Source: an uncultured bacterium
GTDB lineage: Bacteria > Babelota > Babeliae > Babelales > Vermiphilaceae
Direction: 5' to 3'
Assembly (NCBI GenBank): GCA_963702025.1
Contig: OY969699.1
Span: forward strand, 288,001 to 352,000
DNA: 64,000 nucleotides
Shown: in pieces, positions 36,462 through 46,543 of the stretch
How positions within the stretch are numbered: position 1 is the stretch's first letter
How the letters are laid out: each line of letters starts with the position of its first letter
Translations under genes and position numbers: made by a program
The notes under the pieces: model-generated
Database searches by the model: none
Told to the model about the DNA's origin: nothing
The model's input: only the letters and a program-made list of their open reading frames with translations

Positions 36462-37979
36462 ATGAAAAAAATTTTAATTAATGAAAATCCCTGGCAAACG
36501 CGAATTGCTATTACCACCGATGGGCAATTGCAAAATGTCTACTTTACCGGGCACACAGAAAATCCCCTGGAAAGAGCGTTTTTCAAGGGAATTGTAACCA
36601 AAGTTTTACCCGGCATTCAAACAGCGTTTGTTGATATTGGCCAAGAAAAGGCCGGATTCTTGCATATTTCAGAGATCGATCGGGATCTTGCAATCGCAAA
36701 AATAAGCAAACATAGCCAAATTGACGATGAAGATGGCGAATCACCGCCCCGTCGTCACATTTCCCGTCAGCAAATCGATATTAGTAAAATCTTCAAAGAG
36801 GGCGATCAGATACTGGTACAAGCGAGCAAAGAACCGGTATACGAAAAGGGGGCAAAACTCTCCACCTGCTTCACGCTACCTGGCCGCTTTATTGTATTAA
36901 TGCCAAATATTCCACGAATTGGTGTTTCTAAAAAAATAGAGAATCGTGACGAGCGCATACGATTAAAAAACATCGTAAAACAAAATCTTCCTGACGGCAT
37001 GGGCGCCATTATTCGCACCACCAGTGATGAGCGTCCGGAAGCAGAAATTGTTAAAGATATTCAGTTTTTGCTTGAAACATGGGAACTGGTTCAAACTAAA
37101 TTCAAGAGCGCCGAGCCCAAAGAAAAAATATTTCAAGATATTGAACTGCCTCTTCAAATTGTGCGCGATCACCTTGACGATGACGTTGAAGAAGTGATTA
37201 CTGACAATAAAGACGGCCTGAATAAAGTATATAAGTTCGTTAAATCGATAGCCCCCGAATACAGCCAAAAAATAAAATTATATGAGGGCCCTTCACCGCT
37301 CTTTGAACATTTTGGCATCGAAAAGCAAATTGATGCGGCACTTGAGAAGAAAGTTTCATTAAAATCGGGCGGCTCATTAATCATCGAAACCACTGAAGCG
37401 ATGACCGTAGTTGATGTGAACACGGGTAAATTTACTGGCAAAAAGAATCTTGAAGAGACAATTCTTGCCACAAATCTTGAAGCTGCACAAGAAGTTGTTC
37501 GCCAATTACGGCTGCGCAACATCGGTGGCCTTATTGTAATTGATTTTATTGATATGGCTTCGGGCGCCAATAAACAGAAACTATTCAGATTCTTTGAAAA
37601 AATGCTCCGGGAAAAAGATAAATTCCAATCAGTAGTGCTCAAAATTTCTGAATTCGGCCTAGTTCAGATGACCCGAAAACGATCAGGCATTACTTTGCAG
37701 CAGCAGATGATGCAGAAATGCCAGGCCTGCAAAGGTCTTGGGTATGTAAAATCGCTAGAAACAGAATGTCATTTAATTTTGCGCCAGCTGCAAGAAAAAA
37801 TTAAAGAACAAAAATGGGGCAATGTGGCAGTTTTATATGTACATCCGGAAAATTTCAACCACTTGACCAGTGTTGAATACAATGCCATTTTATCATTAGA
37901 AAAAACGTATAAATGCAAAATTACCTTAGCAAGTGATAAAAATTTAAGTACAAGCACTTATAAAATCGAAAAAAAATAA
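36462..37979 (+). CDS. Ribonuclease E/G family
   Basis: VLPGIQTAFVDIG, TEAMTVVDVNTG, LRLRNIGGLIVIDFIDM, CQACKG Zn link. Confidence 0.95.
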   Translation: MKKILINENPWQTRIAITTDGQLQNVYFTGHTENPLERAFFKGIVTKVLPGIQTAFVDIGQEKAGFLHISEIDRDLAIAKISKHSQIDDEDGESPPRRHISRQQIDISKIFKEGDQILVQASKEPVYEKGAKLSTCFTLPGRFIVLMPNIPRIGVSKKIENRDERIRLKNIVKQNLPDGMGAIIRTTSDERPEAEIVKDIQFLLETWELVQTKFKSAEPKEKIFQDIELPLQIVRDHLDDDVEEVITDNKDGLNKVYKFVKSIAPEYSQKIKLYEGPSPLFEHFGIEKQIDAALEKKVSLKSGGSLIIETTEAMTVVDVNTGKFTGKKNLEETILATNLEAAQEVVRQLRLRNIGGLIVIDFIDMASGANKQKLFRFFEKMLREKDKFQSVVLKISEFGLVQMTRKRSGITLQQQMMQKCQACKGLGYVKSLETECHLILRQLQEKIKEQKWGNVAVLYVHPENFNHLTSVEYNAILSLEKTYKCKITLASDKNLSTSTYKIEKK

Positions 37980-37980
37980 C

Positions 37981-39441
37981 ATGTCAAAAACAGCTTCCGT
38001 TTTGGATAATTATCCAAATTATGAACTTAACATCGGTATTGAGGTCCACGTTCAATTACTTACCAAGAGCAAAATATTTTGTTCCTGCGCCAATCAAGTT
38101 GGCAAAACTCCCAATACTAATATTTGCAATATCTGTACCGCACAACCGGGCTCATTGCCGGTGCTCAATAAAAAAGTGGTCGAATATGCTATTAAAGCAG
38201 GACTTGCCACCAATTGCGCCATAACGCCGCGCAACACATTTGCTCGTAAACATTACTTTTATCCGGATCTGCCCAAAGGGTACCAAATAAGCCAAAATGA
38301 AGATCCTATTTGCACGGCCGGTTATGTGCCGATCCGTTTGGAAGACGGATCGATTAAAAAAATTCGATTGATCCGTATTCACATGGAAGAAGATGCGGGC
38401 AAAAATATTCATGCCGAGCATGAAAATGCAAGCTTTGTTGATCTCAACCGTGCCGGCACGCCGCTTCTTGAAATCGTAACATATCCTGATATTGCAAGCA
38501 CTTATGAAGCAAAAGCATACTTGCGCGCCCTGCGATTAATTGTGCAGTATTTAGGCATTTGTTCGGGCAATATGGAAGAAGGAGCCTTCCGCGCCGATAC
38601 CAATATTTCTGTCCGCAAAAAGGGCGCGGAAAAATTAGGAACGCGGTGCGAATTGAAAAATATTAACTCATTTAAATTTATCGGCGACGCGATTGAACAT
38701 GAAATTGAGCGCCAAATTGAACTTATTGAGAGCGGCCAAAAAGTACGCCAAGAAACGCGCTTATGGGATACAAAAAATAAAAAAACCATCATGATGCGCA
38801 GCAAAGAAGAGGCAGCCGACTACCGGTATTTCCAAGATCCGGATTTACCGATTCTGGAAATTAACCAAGATATGATCGATGATGCTAAAAAAACAATGGC
38901 AGAATTGCCCTACGATCGGTTTGATCGCTATGTAAATCAAAACGGTTTATCTGCCTATGAAGCCGAGATTTTAGTTGATGATATTGAACTGGCATCCTAT
39001 TACGAACAGGCGCATAAACTCAATCCAAGCAAATCGATTGTGAATTGGATATTGCGCGATATTATGGGCCATCTCAAAGAACATAAAATACCGCTAAACG
39101 AATTAAAAATGACCCCTGATAAACTGGCAACGCTCATTGGCTTAGTGGAGAAGGGCGTTATTAATAATCGCGCGGCGCAAGAAGTTTTTGCCATCGTTTG
39201 CCAAACCGGCCAAAACCCGGAACAGGTTGTTAAAGAAAAAGGGCTTGAACAAATCGGATCAAGCGAAGAACTTGAAGCAATGGTTAAAGAATTGCTTGCT
39301 GCCAATGTGGCACAAGTTGCCGATTATAAAGCGGGCAATGTAAAATTATTTGGCTTTTTTGTTGGGCAGATGATGCAGAAAACAAAAGGCAAAGGCGATC
39401 CGAAAGTAATTCAGGAATTACTTAAAAAACATTTGAGTTAA
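37981..39441 (+). CDS. gatB: Asp/Glu-tRNA amidotransferase subunit B
   Basis: IGIEVHVQL, RKHYFYPDLPKGYQISQ, HMEEDAGK, DLNRAGTPLLEIV, DYRYFQDPDL. Confidence 0.97.
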   Translation: MSKTASVLDNYPNYELNIGIEVHVQLLTKSKIFCSCANQVGKTPNTNICNICTAQPGSLPVLNKKVVEYAIKAGLATNCAITPRNTFARKHYFYPDLPKGYQISQNEDPICTAGYVPIRLEDGSIKKIRLIRIHMEEDAGKNIHAEHENASFVDLNRAGTPLLEIVTYPDIASTYEAKAYLRALRLIVQYLGICSGNMEEGAFRADTNISVRKKGAEKLGTRCELKNINSFKFIGDAIEHEIERQIELIESGQKVRQETRLWDTKNKKTIMMRSKEEAADYRYFQDPDLPILEINQDMIDDAKKTMAELPYDRFDRYVNQNGLSAYEAEILVDDIELASYYEQAHKLNPSKSIVNWILRDIMGHLKEHKIPLNELKMTPDKLATLIGLVEKGVINNRAAQEVFAIVCQTGQNPEQVVKEKGLEQIGSSEELEAMVKELLAANVAQVADYKAGNVKLFGFFVGQMMQKTKGKGDPKVIQELLKKHLS

Positions 39442-39453
39442 AAAGCGTGGGCG

Positions 39454-39798
39454 ATGCGTAAAAATGTACTGCTATTTTTACCAACACTTATCACTCTGCA
39501 CACGGTGGCATTTCAGCATGATGCTTCAAATATCCTTAAAAAAGAGATAAAAATTATTTATTATTACCCGGACTACGATCCGAATTCTATGGAAGTTGAA
39601 TTTCAGGATGGTGAAAGTGTTCAAATTAAATTGGCAGTTCAAAAACCAAGCGCTCGCTATTGCATGAAAAATAGAAAAACGGGAGAAGTTATAGGCACTA
39701 TGCAAATAACCGATCCACCACCTCAAGAATTGTTTGAATTTTATCAGAAAAAATATAATGATTTCTATGCAAAAACTTTAACAAGGAAAAGCACATGA
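39454..39798 (+). CDS. Hypothetical exported protein
   Basis: 114 aa with hydrophobic N-terminus, directly after gatB. Confidence 0.55.
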   Translation: MRKNVLLFLPTLITLHTVAFQHDASNILKKEIKIIYYYPDYDPNSMEVEFQDGESVQIKLAVQKPSARYCMKNRKTGEVIGTMQITDPPPQELFEFYQKKYNDFYAKTLTRKST

Positions 39799-40190
39799 CC
39801 ATTTTTAAACACTTTCTTGCCATTTCATTATTCACATCAACCATTAACGTTTTGTGTATCGATCGTGTCAATCAAATCGGTTCAGCAATCGCTGTTATTG
39901 CCAGCGGCCAGCATATGATTCGGGAGTATAAACAGAGTGTGCAAAAACTAGAACAAGCGCAAAATAATCAAATTCCTTACATGGTTCCGGAAAATACCAA
40001 TGATACAAAATATGTTGCGCTTGCAAAACAACTACGGAGCAAAATTAATTGTGCATTGCAAAGCCCCCAATTCAGACTCTGGACCGGTACCACAGTAGCC
40101 TCTGCATGTATATTAATTTACAACCTTATACCAGATTCACCAAAAATGTCCGGTGCGAGAACGTTTAAAGTAAGAACTTTTCAAACTTGA
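39795..40190 (+). CDS. Hypothetical membrane or exported protein
   Basis: ATGA overlap with the upstream gene; signal peptide and C-terminal hydrophobic segment. Confidence 0.55.
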   Translation: MTIFKHFLAISLFTSTINVLCIDRVNQIGSAIAVIASGQHMIREYKQSVQKLEQAQNNQIPYMVPENTNDTKYVALAKQLRSKINCALQSPQFRLWTGTTVASACILIYNLIPDSPKMSGARTFKVRTFQT

Positions 40191-40203
40191 TCTTGATTAA
40201 TGG

Positions 40204-40339
40204 CCGCTCGTGGTGAGTGATTGCGAAGCAATCGTATCGAACCATGCGGCCTAAAAAAGTATAAGAAATTTTATTGATGAATATTTATTAAACCCGCATG
40301 GTTCGATACATTCACTGCGTTCGCACTTACCACGAGCGG
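40204..40339. repeat. Tail-to-tail REP-like doublet (REPIN-like)
   Basis: CCGCTCGTGGTGAGT-GATTGCgaaGCAATC-GTATCGAACCATGCGG, AT-rich spacer, inverted copy CCGCATGGTTCGATAC...ACTTACCACGAGCGG. Confidence 0.85.
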
Positions 40340-40397
40340 GCATGATTGACTTTTACAATTCTTAACTCCATTAGCGTTAGATTAAAGGAAATTAATT

Positions 40398-40643
40398 ATG
40401 ACTAAAAAACTTGTTAAGCATGGCAACAACCTTGCATTAATTATTGATAAATCAACATTAAAAAAGCTAAATATTGATGAAAAAACCGATTTAAAAATAT
40501 CTGTCTCGGGGGACTCATTAATTATTGCGCCTGATAAAACAAAAAAAACTGTACCTAAAAAAGAAAAAAGTGACATAAAAACTATAGCTAAGCAAATCAT
40601 GAAGGCTCATGATGCGACATTTAAAAAATTAGCCAAAACATGA
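40398..40643 (+). CDS. AbrB/MazE-type antitoxin
   Basis: KKLVKHGNNLALIIDK..LKKLNI swapped-hairpin pattern, C-terminal HDATFKKLA; ATGA overlap with doc. Confidence 0.85.
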   Translation: MTKKLVKHGNNLALIIDKSTLKKLNIDEKTDLKISVSGDSLIIAPDKTKKTVPKKEKSDIKTIAKQIMKAHDATFKKLAKT

Positions 40644-41025
40644 AAGATATAATCTTTCTTACTGTCTCAGAAGCAATTGAGCTTCATAATTTGCTGATTA
40701 AAAAATATGGTGGCATTGCCGGAATTCGCGATAAAAAGCTATTAGAATCTGCTATGGCACAACCCAAATGACTATTTTTGGGCAATTTGTTTGCAAAGAT
40801 ACTTTTGAAATGGCTGCAGCTTATTGCTATCACATTGCTAAAAATCATCCTTTTGTTGACGGTAACAAACGGGCAGCCTTGCTAACTTCTCTTACTTTTC
40901 TTAAAGAAAATGGATTCTCCATCAACCAAGAAGTTGATTTCTATGCCTTTATGCTTGATGTTGCCTCTTCAAAGCTATCAAAAGAACAGATTGCTCACTT
41001 TTTTAAAACTAATTTCAAAAAGTAG
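40640..41025 (+). pseudogene. doc: Doc/Fic toxin split by a 1-nt frameshift
   Basis: 5' half MKDIIFLT...YGGIAGIRDKKLLESAMAQPK* (40640-40771); 3' half from ATG 40768 with HPFVDGNKR; total 386 nt. Confidence 0.85.
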
Positions 41026-41140
41026 CTTCTTTCCCTGCAAAAATTGCAAATAGAAAACATACCATTTATTGACATTAATTAAATTTCTATTATATTTAAT
41101 ATCAAAATAGATTATTTTCTATCATTCAAATGGAGATTTT

Positions 41141-44100
41141 ATGAAATTGCCTACTTTTGCTGCAAAACTATTTGCATCCACACTATTGTTAGTTCTAGCG
41201 ATTCCCGGCATGCAGGGTTACAATGGCCCAGAAACTGCTATCAACCGCGCTAACCAACTCGCTTCTCAACTGCACAACAACGCCTTTGATCAAAAGACTT
41301 TTGATGCCTATGCAACAGAATATGGTAATAAAGCAGCAAATTTAGAAGAATTACGCAAAATTGCCCCTACAATTCCGGTCAAAGGAAAATGCGTTCAAGT
41401 GCCCTCCTTTTTTGCAATCAGCGATAAAGAGGTTCAACAATTTTTGTCAAAAACAAGAGCTATGAATGCTGTACATCCATTCGTTTTAGAAGAAGTTAAA
41501 TATCAACTGGGTATAATGCGGCAATTTGCACATAAAAGTAACCAGGTCCACATTGAAAATGCATTCACCAATTCCACGTTCAAATTTGAGCACCCCAAAC
41601 GCCAAGCAACATTCGAAGAATATGTTAAAAATGCCGTTGGCAACAATAACCTTTTTATGGTTCGCAGTTCCGGCAAAGAGGATACTAAAGAATTTGCCAA
41701 TGCGGGTGGCAATAAAAGTATCGCCGCTGTATGGCCCCATGATCAGGCAATTTCCAAATCAATGGGCCAAGTAGTGGCATCATATTTTAGTGAAAAATCG
41801 ATTTCTCAACGCTTGCTGGCCGGCGATAAGACAGTATTCAATACCGTGTTTATGCCGGCTTTGGTACAAGTGATGATATGCAAAGATCCCATATCGGGCG
41901 TAATCTTTAGTCAAGAGGCCGAGGGCCAAACCCCGGGCGTTACCCATATCGAAGCTGCATACGGACACGGTGAAGGAATTGTTAATGGTTTAGTGCCGGT
42001 GGATAGTTATTATATTGGCCAATCAGGCATCATTCACCCGATAATAAGAAATAAACATGAACGCATTATGCCTTCAGCAGATTTTACTCATCTTGAAAAG
42101 GTACCAAATAGCACCGATAGAGCAACCAAGCCCTGCCTCACGCCGGCCCTTATTAAAGATTTAAAAATTGTTGCTGACACGGTTCAGGCATATTACGGCT
42201 ATCCCGTTGATATTGAATTTGTGATCCAAGATGATGTTATTTATTTGGTGCAAGCGCGCCCGATCGTTGCAAAGCAACAAAAAGCTTCTTATTTATCAGA
42301 TGATTTTGTTAAAAATGCACAAGAAAAAATCACTGTTTTGCCGATAGTCAGTGGGAAGAATGCAGTATGCGCAAATCTGTTTCAAAAATACCCAATTAGG
42401 TCTATCAATGAGCAAACCATCAACCTAGCTCTAGATACATTTCTAAATCTAAATGCTGAGACTAAATCTTCTTTAGAAGCTATTATCGTGGGTCAGATGG
42501 CACCATCAACATCTCATGAAGCAACCACATTTCGCGGCGCCAATAAAGTGGTGGTGTATGTTGCTGAATCTGATAGAAAACGAATTATGCAATGGATCGC
42601 GGGACACGCACCTGTAGCTCTCGATGTTCAAAGAGGATTAATTATCCTCCTTGATCCATCAAAAAAACCAGAGATGTTTCTTCTTGAAGAAAAGCCTGGA
42701 TCATCTGCATTGAGACACGGATGGTTCGCTCACCCGATTCCTGCAAAATGCTCCTTGTTTTCGGAATTTATAGAACTCAATCAAATGCCTGGTTTAAAGC
42801 CGGAAGAATGTTTTAAAGGAAAAAATATATCAACAACTCAGCTATTGAATATGCTTAAAAATGGATCCGCGCAAGAAGCAACCGATGCGCTCAAAACAAT
42901 TTTAGCCCGCGTATCGGGGCAAATTGCACATGCGCAAAAACAAGCTCATGATAAAACAACTATTTTACAATTAAAAAATATCTACGCTCACGCGATCACG
43001 TGTGCACAAGAAACGATGATGGCATTGACCGCATGGGAAACATCGGCTAAGACAGAATCCGATCGGTTAGCACGTTTATACCCAATCACCTTCTTTGAAG
43101 CTGTGATCCGCCAAACACCAATGAAAGATGAATTTCTTAATGGTTATTCTGCAGCGGCACTTTTAAAGATTGATCATGCAGAACAAAAAATTGCCGACAC
43201 AGTAGCAAAAGTAAAACAAGGATTCAGGCCATTTGCGGTGCAACTTGCAAAAGTGGGCAGTTATGCTTTAACTCCGGAATTGGAACAATTGTGGAACGCG
43301 TTCATTACTGAGTTGAGTGAAGAACCATTGGCTACGCGTCTTGATTTTACCCGCATGATCCATAGTTTGGCACAAAACAATATGTTGGCGGAGTGGATAA
43401 ATATCTCATTCGCCCAAGCGATTCAAAAGAAGCCAACTACTTTTTTTGGAAAAACTAAGCAACAGTTAGGAATAACGCACTATGAACCGATTAAAGAATT
43501 ATTACAACAATACAATGAAATTATGCCGCTGCTTATTCAATTGCAATCATGTAAAACAAAACTTGATCCGATAGCCAAAGCGCCGTGGCAAAATCCTGAA
43601 AAATTTATCGGATTAAGAGATCAGTTGAGCAAAGAATGCATACAGCCTCTTGGATCACGACTCTTTTTTAAAACCTATGAAAATACTCCACTATTGGGAA
43701 AAATTGCTATCCAGCACTATTTATATGAGTTAATAAATACCTTCGATGGCATTATAAAAACATTCAAATCAAGCCAAGACTACCCTGATATACATTTGCT
43801 TATTGGCAATTTTAGAGAACTCTTACTCGACTATTGGCAACTTATGGATCATTTAGCCAAAATCCCATGCATTTCTGCAGATATCTATGCCATGCGGGAT
43901 AAAAACACTTTTAAATCGACTAAGGAATATTTCGATGATATTAATAGAAATATAACTAACGCTAATAGAATGAATCCGGAAGAGTTATTACTTCCTTCAC
44001 GCGGAACTCTTTTAAGCTCTTTTAGTGTTGCAGCAGCAATGCTTGGCAGCAAGGCAAATTATACACGACATTGCCCAGAAACGTTGGAAGACATCTTTAC

Positions 44101-44575
44101 CCTTATCCATCAAAACTTGCTAGCAATTGTCCGTACGCTTGCTGCTAAAACCAATCTTGTATCAATGCTTCCAATGCCACCATTAGTCAAAAAGGTTATC
44201 GATAATTTCAAGAGTTTCAAACCCGGTTTTTGGTGGCCTTCCCCTTCTTTCATAGGTATTTCTATCGATAAAAATACGGTCACTTATTTTTACAATCTCC
44301 CCCTGAATAATCACAGCAGCACGTTCCAAATTACTTTTGATAAAAAAGATCCGAACATGGCAATTTTATCAATCCAATTTCTGGGCCAAGCAAGAGATAG
44401 ATTTGCAAAGATAGCCCGGTACATAAATCAAGAATACGGCCATAGTTTGCGTCAAACCCCTACGCTTGATGAAAATCGAGGCATTTTATCATTCGCTTGG
44501 AAAATAACCCCTACAACTAACCTTAAGGAAATTTATGTCGCTTACAAGACAGCCTGTGAGATGACCTTTGCTTAG
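41141..44575 (+). CDS. Exported PEP-synthase/PPDK-like dikinase with unrecognised C-terminal domain
   Basis: Signal peptide; YGNKAANL, VRSSGKED, GHGEGIVNG, PVDIEF, LVQARPI (ATP-grasp); TSHEATTFR phospho-His-like motif. Confidence 0.8.
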   Translation: MKLPTFAAKLFASTLLLVLAIPGMQGYNGPETAINRANQLASQLHNNAFDQKTFDAYATEYGNKAANLEELRKIAPTIPVKGKCVQVPSFFAISDKEVQQFLSKTRAMNAVHPFVLEEVKYQLGIMRQFAHKSNQVHIENAFTNSTFKFEHPKRQATFEEYVKNAVGNNNLFMVRSSGKEDTKEFANAGGNKSIAAVWPHDQAISKSMGQVVASYFSEKSISQRLLAGDKTVFNTVFMPALVQVMICKDPISGVIFSQEAEGQTPGVTHIEAAYGHGEGIVNGLVPVDSYYIGQSGIIHPIIRNKHERIMPSADFTHLEKVPNSTDRATKPCLTPALIKDLKIVADTVQAYYGYPVDIEFVIQDDVIYLVQARPIVAKQQKASYLSDDFVKNAQEKITVLPIVSGKNAVCANLFQKYPIRSINEQTINLALDTFLNLNAETKSSLEAIIVGQMAPSTSHEATTFRGANKVVVYVAESDRKRIMQWIAGHAPVALDVQRGLIILLDPSKKPEMFLLEEKPGSSALRHGWFAHPIPAKCSLFSEFIELNQMPGLKPEECFKGKNISTTQLLNMLKNGSAQEATDALKTILARVSGQIAHAQKQAHDKTTILQLKNIYAHAITCAQETMMALTAWETSAKTESDRLARLYPITFFEAVIRQTPMKDEFLNGYSAAALLKIDHAEQKIADTVAKVKQGFRPFAVQLAKVGSYALTPELEQLWNAFITELSEEPLATRLDFTRMIHSLAQNNMLAEWINISFAQAIQKKPTTFFGKTKQQLGITHYEPIKELLQQYNEIMPLLIQLQSCKTKLDPIAKAPWQNPEKFIGLRDQLSKECIQPLGSRLFFKTYENTPLLGKIAIQHYLYELINTFDGIIKTFKSSQDYPDIHLLIGNFRELLLDYWQLMDHLAKIPCISADIYAMRDKNTFKSTKEYFDDINRNITNANRMNPEELLLPSRGTLLSSFSVAAAMLGSKANYTRHCPETLEDIFTLIHQNLLAIVRTLAAKTNLVSMLPMPPLVKKVIDNFKSFKPGFWWPSPSFIGISIDKNTVTYFYNLPLNNHSSTFQITFDKKDPNMAILSIQFLGQARDRFAKIARYINQEYGHSLRQTPTLDENRGILSFAWKITPTTNLKEIYVAYKTACEMTFA

Positions 44576-44651
44576 GAGTTCTAAAAATGAGGCAATCATT
44601 CAAATAGAATGAAAACCCCTTCAATATCGACAATTGTCGCAAAAATACCAT

Positions 44652-44680
44652 TTGACAAAGTTTTCTATCTGTATTAGGAT
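44652..44680 (+). promoter_or_regulatory. sigma70 promoter of the DEAD-box helicase gene
   Basis: TTGACA-17 nt-TAGGAT. Confidence 0.65.
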
Positions 44681-44692
44681 AGGTAAGAATAC

Positions 44693-44789
44693 TATTAGGG
44701 CAGTGATAGCGGTGCCCTAGCCTAAAACGGCTTTGAGTATGTGGATATTCGCTATCACAAGCGACTGATTATCAGTCATAACCCTAATA
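44693..44789 (+). promoter_or_regulatory. Structured 5' leader, candidate cis-regulatory RNA
   Basis: Pairings TATTAGGG/CCCTAATA, GTGATAGCG/CGCTATCAC, GACTGA/TCAGTC and competing TAGGGCA/TGCCCTA. Confidence 0.55.
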
Positions 44790-44804
44790 TGTGAGTTTAA
44801 AACT

Positions 44805-46526
44805 ATGATTACTTCCTTTAAGGAACTTCCTTTACATCCCCAAATTATTACTGCTCTTGATGGTCTTGGCATCACCCAGCCAACAGACATTCAAAGCAAG
44901 GCGATCCCTTTACTTTTAACCCCTAAAAAGGTTGATTTTTGGGGTCAAGCCCAAACGGGGACCGGCAAAACGCTTGCTTTTGGTATTCCTCTGATTCAAG
45001 GTATTAATGCCCAAGATAGACGCCTTCAGGCGCTTATTGTGGCCCCTACCCGAGAATTGGTTGTCCAAATTATGCAAAGTTTGCGCCCTATTGCGCAGCC
45101 CCTTGGCATTAGCGTTGAGGCAATTTATGGCGGCGCATCAATGCGCGATCAAATGAGCGCCCTCAAGCGTGGCATACACATCGTTGTGGGAACACCCGGA
45201 CGTATTAATGATCACTTGACCAGAAGAACACTCTCTTTGGCTAACCTGCAAACATTAATTCTTGATGAAGCTGATATCATGCTTGATATGGGTTTTAAAG
45301 AAGAAATGGATGAAATTTTAGCGGCAGCCCCGGAAGAGCGCCAAATTTGGCTCTTTTCAGCAACGGTAAAACCGGGCATTAGTGGCATTATGCACGAGCA
45401 TATGCACGATACGGTGAGCGTGAGCGCAAGCAGACAACAAGTGGGGACATCAAACACCAAACAATATTTTTCTATGGTACCCGGCAAAAATCGCTTTGCG
45501 GCTCTTTGCAGATTTATTGACAGCAATCCGACATTTTATGGTTTCATTTTCTGCCAAACAAAAATTTTAACCGCGGAACTTGCTGATAAATTAGTTGCCG
45601 CCGGATATCCGGCCAATGCACTTCATGGTGATATGAGCCAAGGATTGCGCAATGCGGTAATCAAAAAATTTAAAAATAAAGATTTTACTATTCTGGTTGC
45701 CACCGACGTGGCAGCACGTGGCATCGACGTGGCCGATTTAACACACGTTATCAACTATTCTTTACCTAATGATCATGAAGGCTACGTTCACCGTATCGGC
45801 AGAACAGGCAGAGCGGGCAAAGAAGGTATTGCTATCAGCTTTATTGGTGGCAAAAATGAGTTGCGCAGCGTCCGCATGCTTGAGAGGAAATTTAAAGTAA
45901 CAATCAATCCGATCGATGTGCCAACTGCCCAAGATATTCAGAAAGTTCATATGCAAAAAGCGATCGACTATTTGAGCGTACTTGCCAATAGTCCGGCAGC
46001 CAAAACATCAACTGAACTAGAGTCGGCAATTAAATCATTTGACCAAGAAGAGCTTGCGCGGATGATAAGCGCCGTTGTTTCTGAAAAATTCTTTCCCACA
46101 ACACGCCAAGATAACTTTAATTTTACCAGCATTTCCAACCAATCATTTGATAATGGCGCAATGGATAGCACCGATGACGGCCTTCAAGAGCTTATGATTC
46201 ATTTGGGAACCGATGATGGTATTACCAAAGAAGATGTTCTTAACTTCTTGCTGCAAGAAGGTGGCGTTGCTGATGAACAACTTGAAAAGCTCAAAGTAAT
46301 TAAACGTCGAACATTCATTAAACTACCCGCTCAGGAAGCTGAAGCACTTATGAATAAATTACGCGGAAAATCAATTAATGGTAAAAAAACACGCGTAACA
46401 GTGGCTCCGGCATCTGATGACGATTGGTCATCGTCAGGTCGGCCAGGCAATCGCCGCGGCGGCAGATCAAGAAATGACCGCGATGGCGGCCGTGAACGTT
46501 CATTTGGCAGACGCAACCGCTACTAG
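44805..46526 (+). CDS. deaD: DEAD-box RNA helicase, DeaD/CsdA-like with DbpA-type C-terminal domain
   Basis: AQTGTGKT, PTREL, DEAD, SAT, ARGID, HRIGRTGRAG, RG-rich tail. Confidence 0.92.
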   Translation: MITSFKELPLHPQIITALDGLGITQPTDIQSKAIPLLLTPKKVDFWGQAQTGTGKTLAFGIPLIQGINAQDRRLQALIVAPTRELVVQIMQSLRPIAQPLGISVEAIYGGASMRDQMSALKRGIHIVVGTPGRINDHLTRRTLSLANLQTLILDEADIMLDMGFKEEMDEILAAAPEERQIWLFSATVKPGISGIMHEHMHDTVSVSASRQQVGTSNTKQYFSMVPGKNRFAALCRFIDSNPTFYGFIFCQTKILTAELADKLVAAGYPANALHGDMSQGLRNAVIKKFKNKDFTILVATDVAARGIDVADLTHVINYSLPNDHEGYVHRIGRTGRAGKEGIAISFIGGKNELRSVRMLERKFKVTINPIDVPTAQDIQKVHMQKAIDYLSVLANSPAAKTSTELESAIKSFDQEELARMISAVVSEKFFPTTRQDNFNFTSISNQSFDNGAMDSTDDGLQELMIHLGTDDGITKEDVLNFLLQEGGVADEQLEKLKVIKRRTFIKLPAQEAEALMNKLRGKSINGKKTRVTVAPASDDDWSSSGRPGNRRGGRSRNDRDGGRERSFGRRNRY

Positions 46527-46543
46527 TCGAATTGTAAAATTAG

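Noticed and set aside
40760..40771. Programmed -1 frameshift in doc
   Set aside because: A_CCC_AAA is not a canonical X_XXY_YYZ slippery site and no stimulatory structure is evident.
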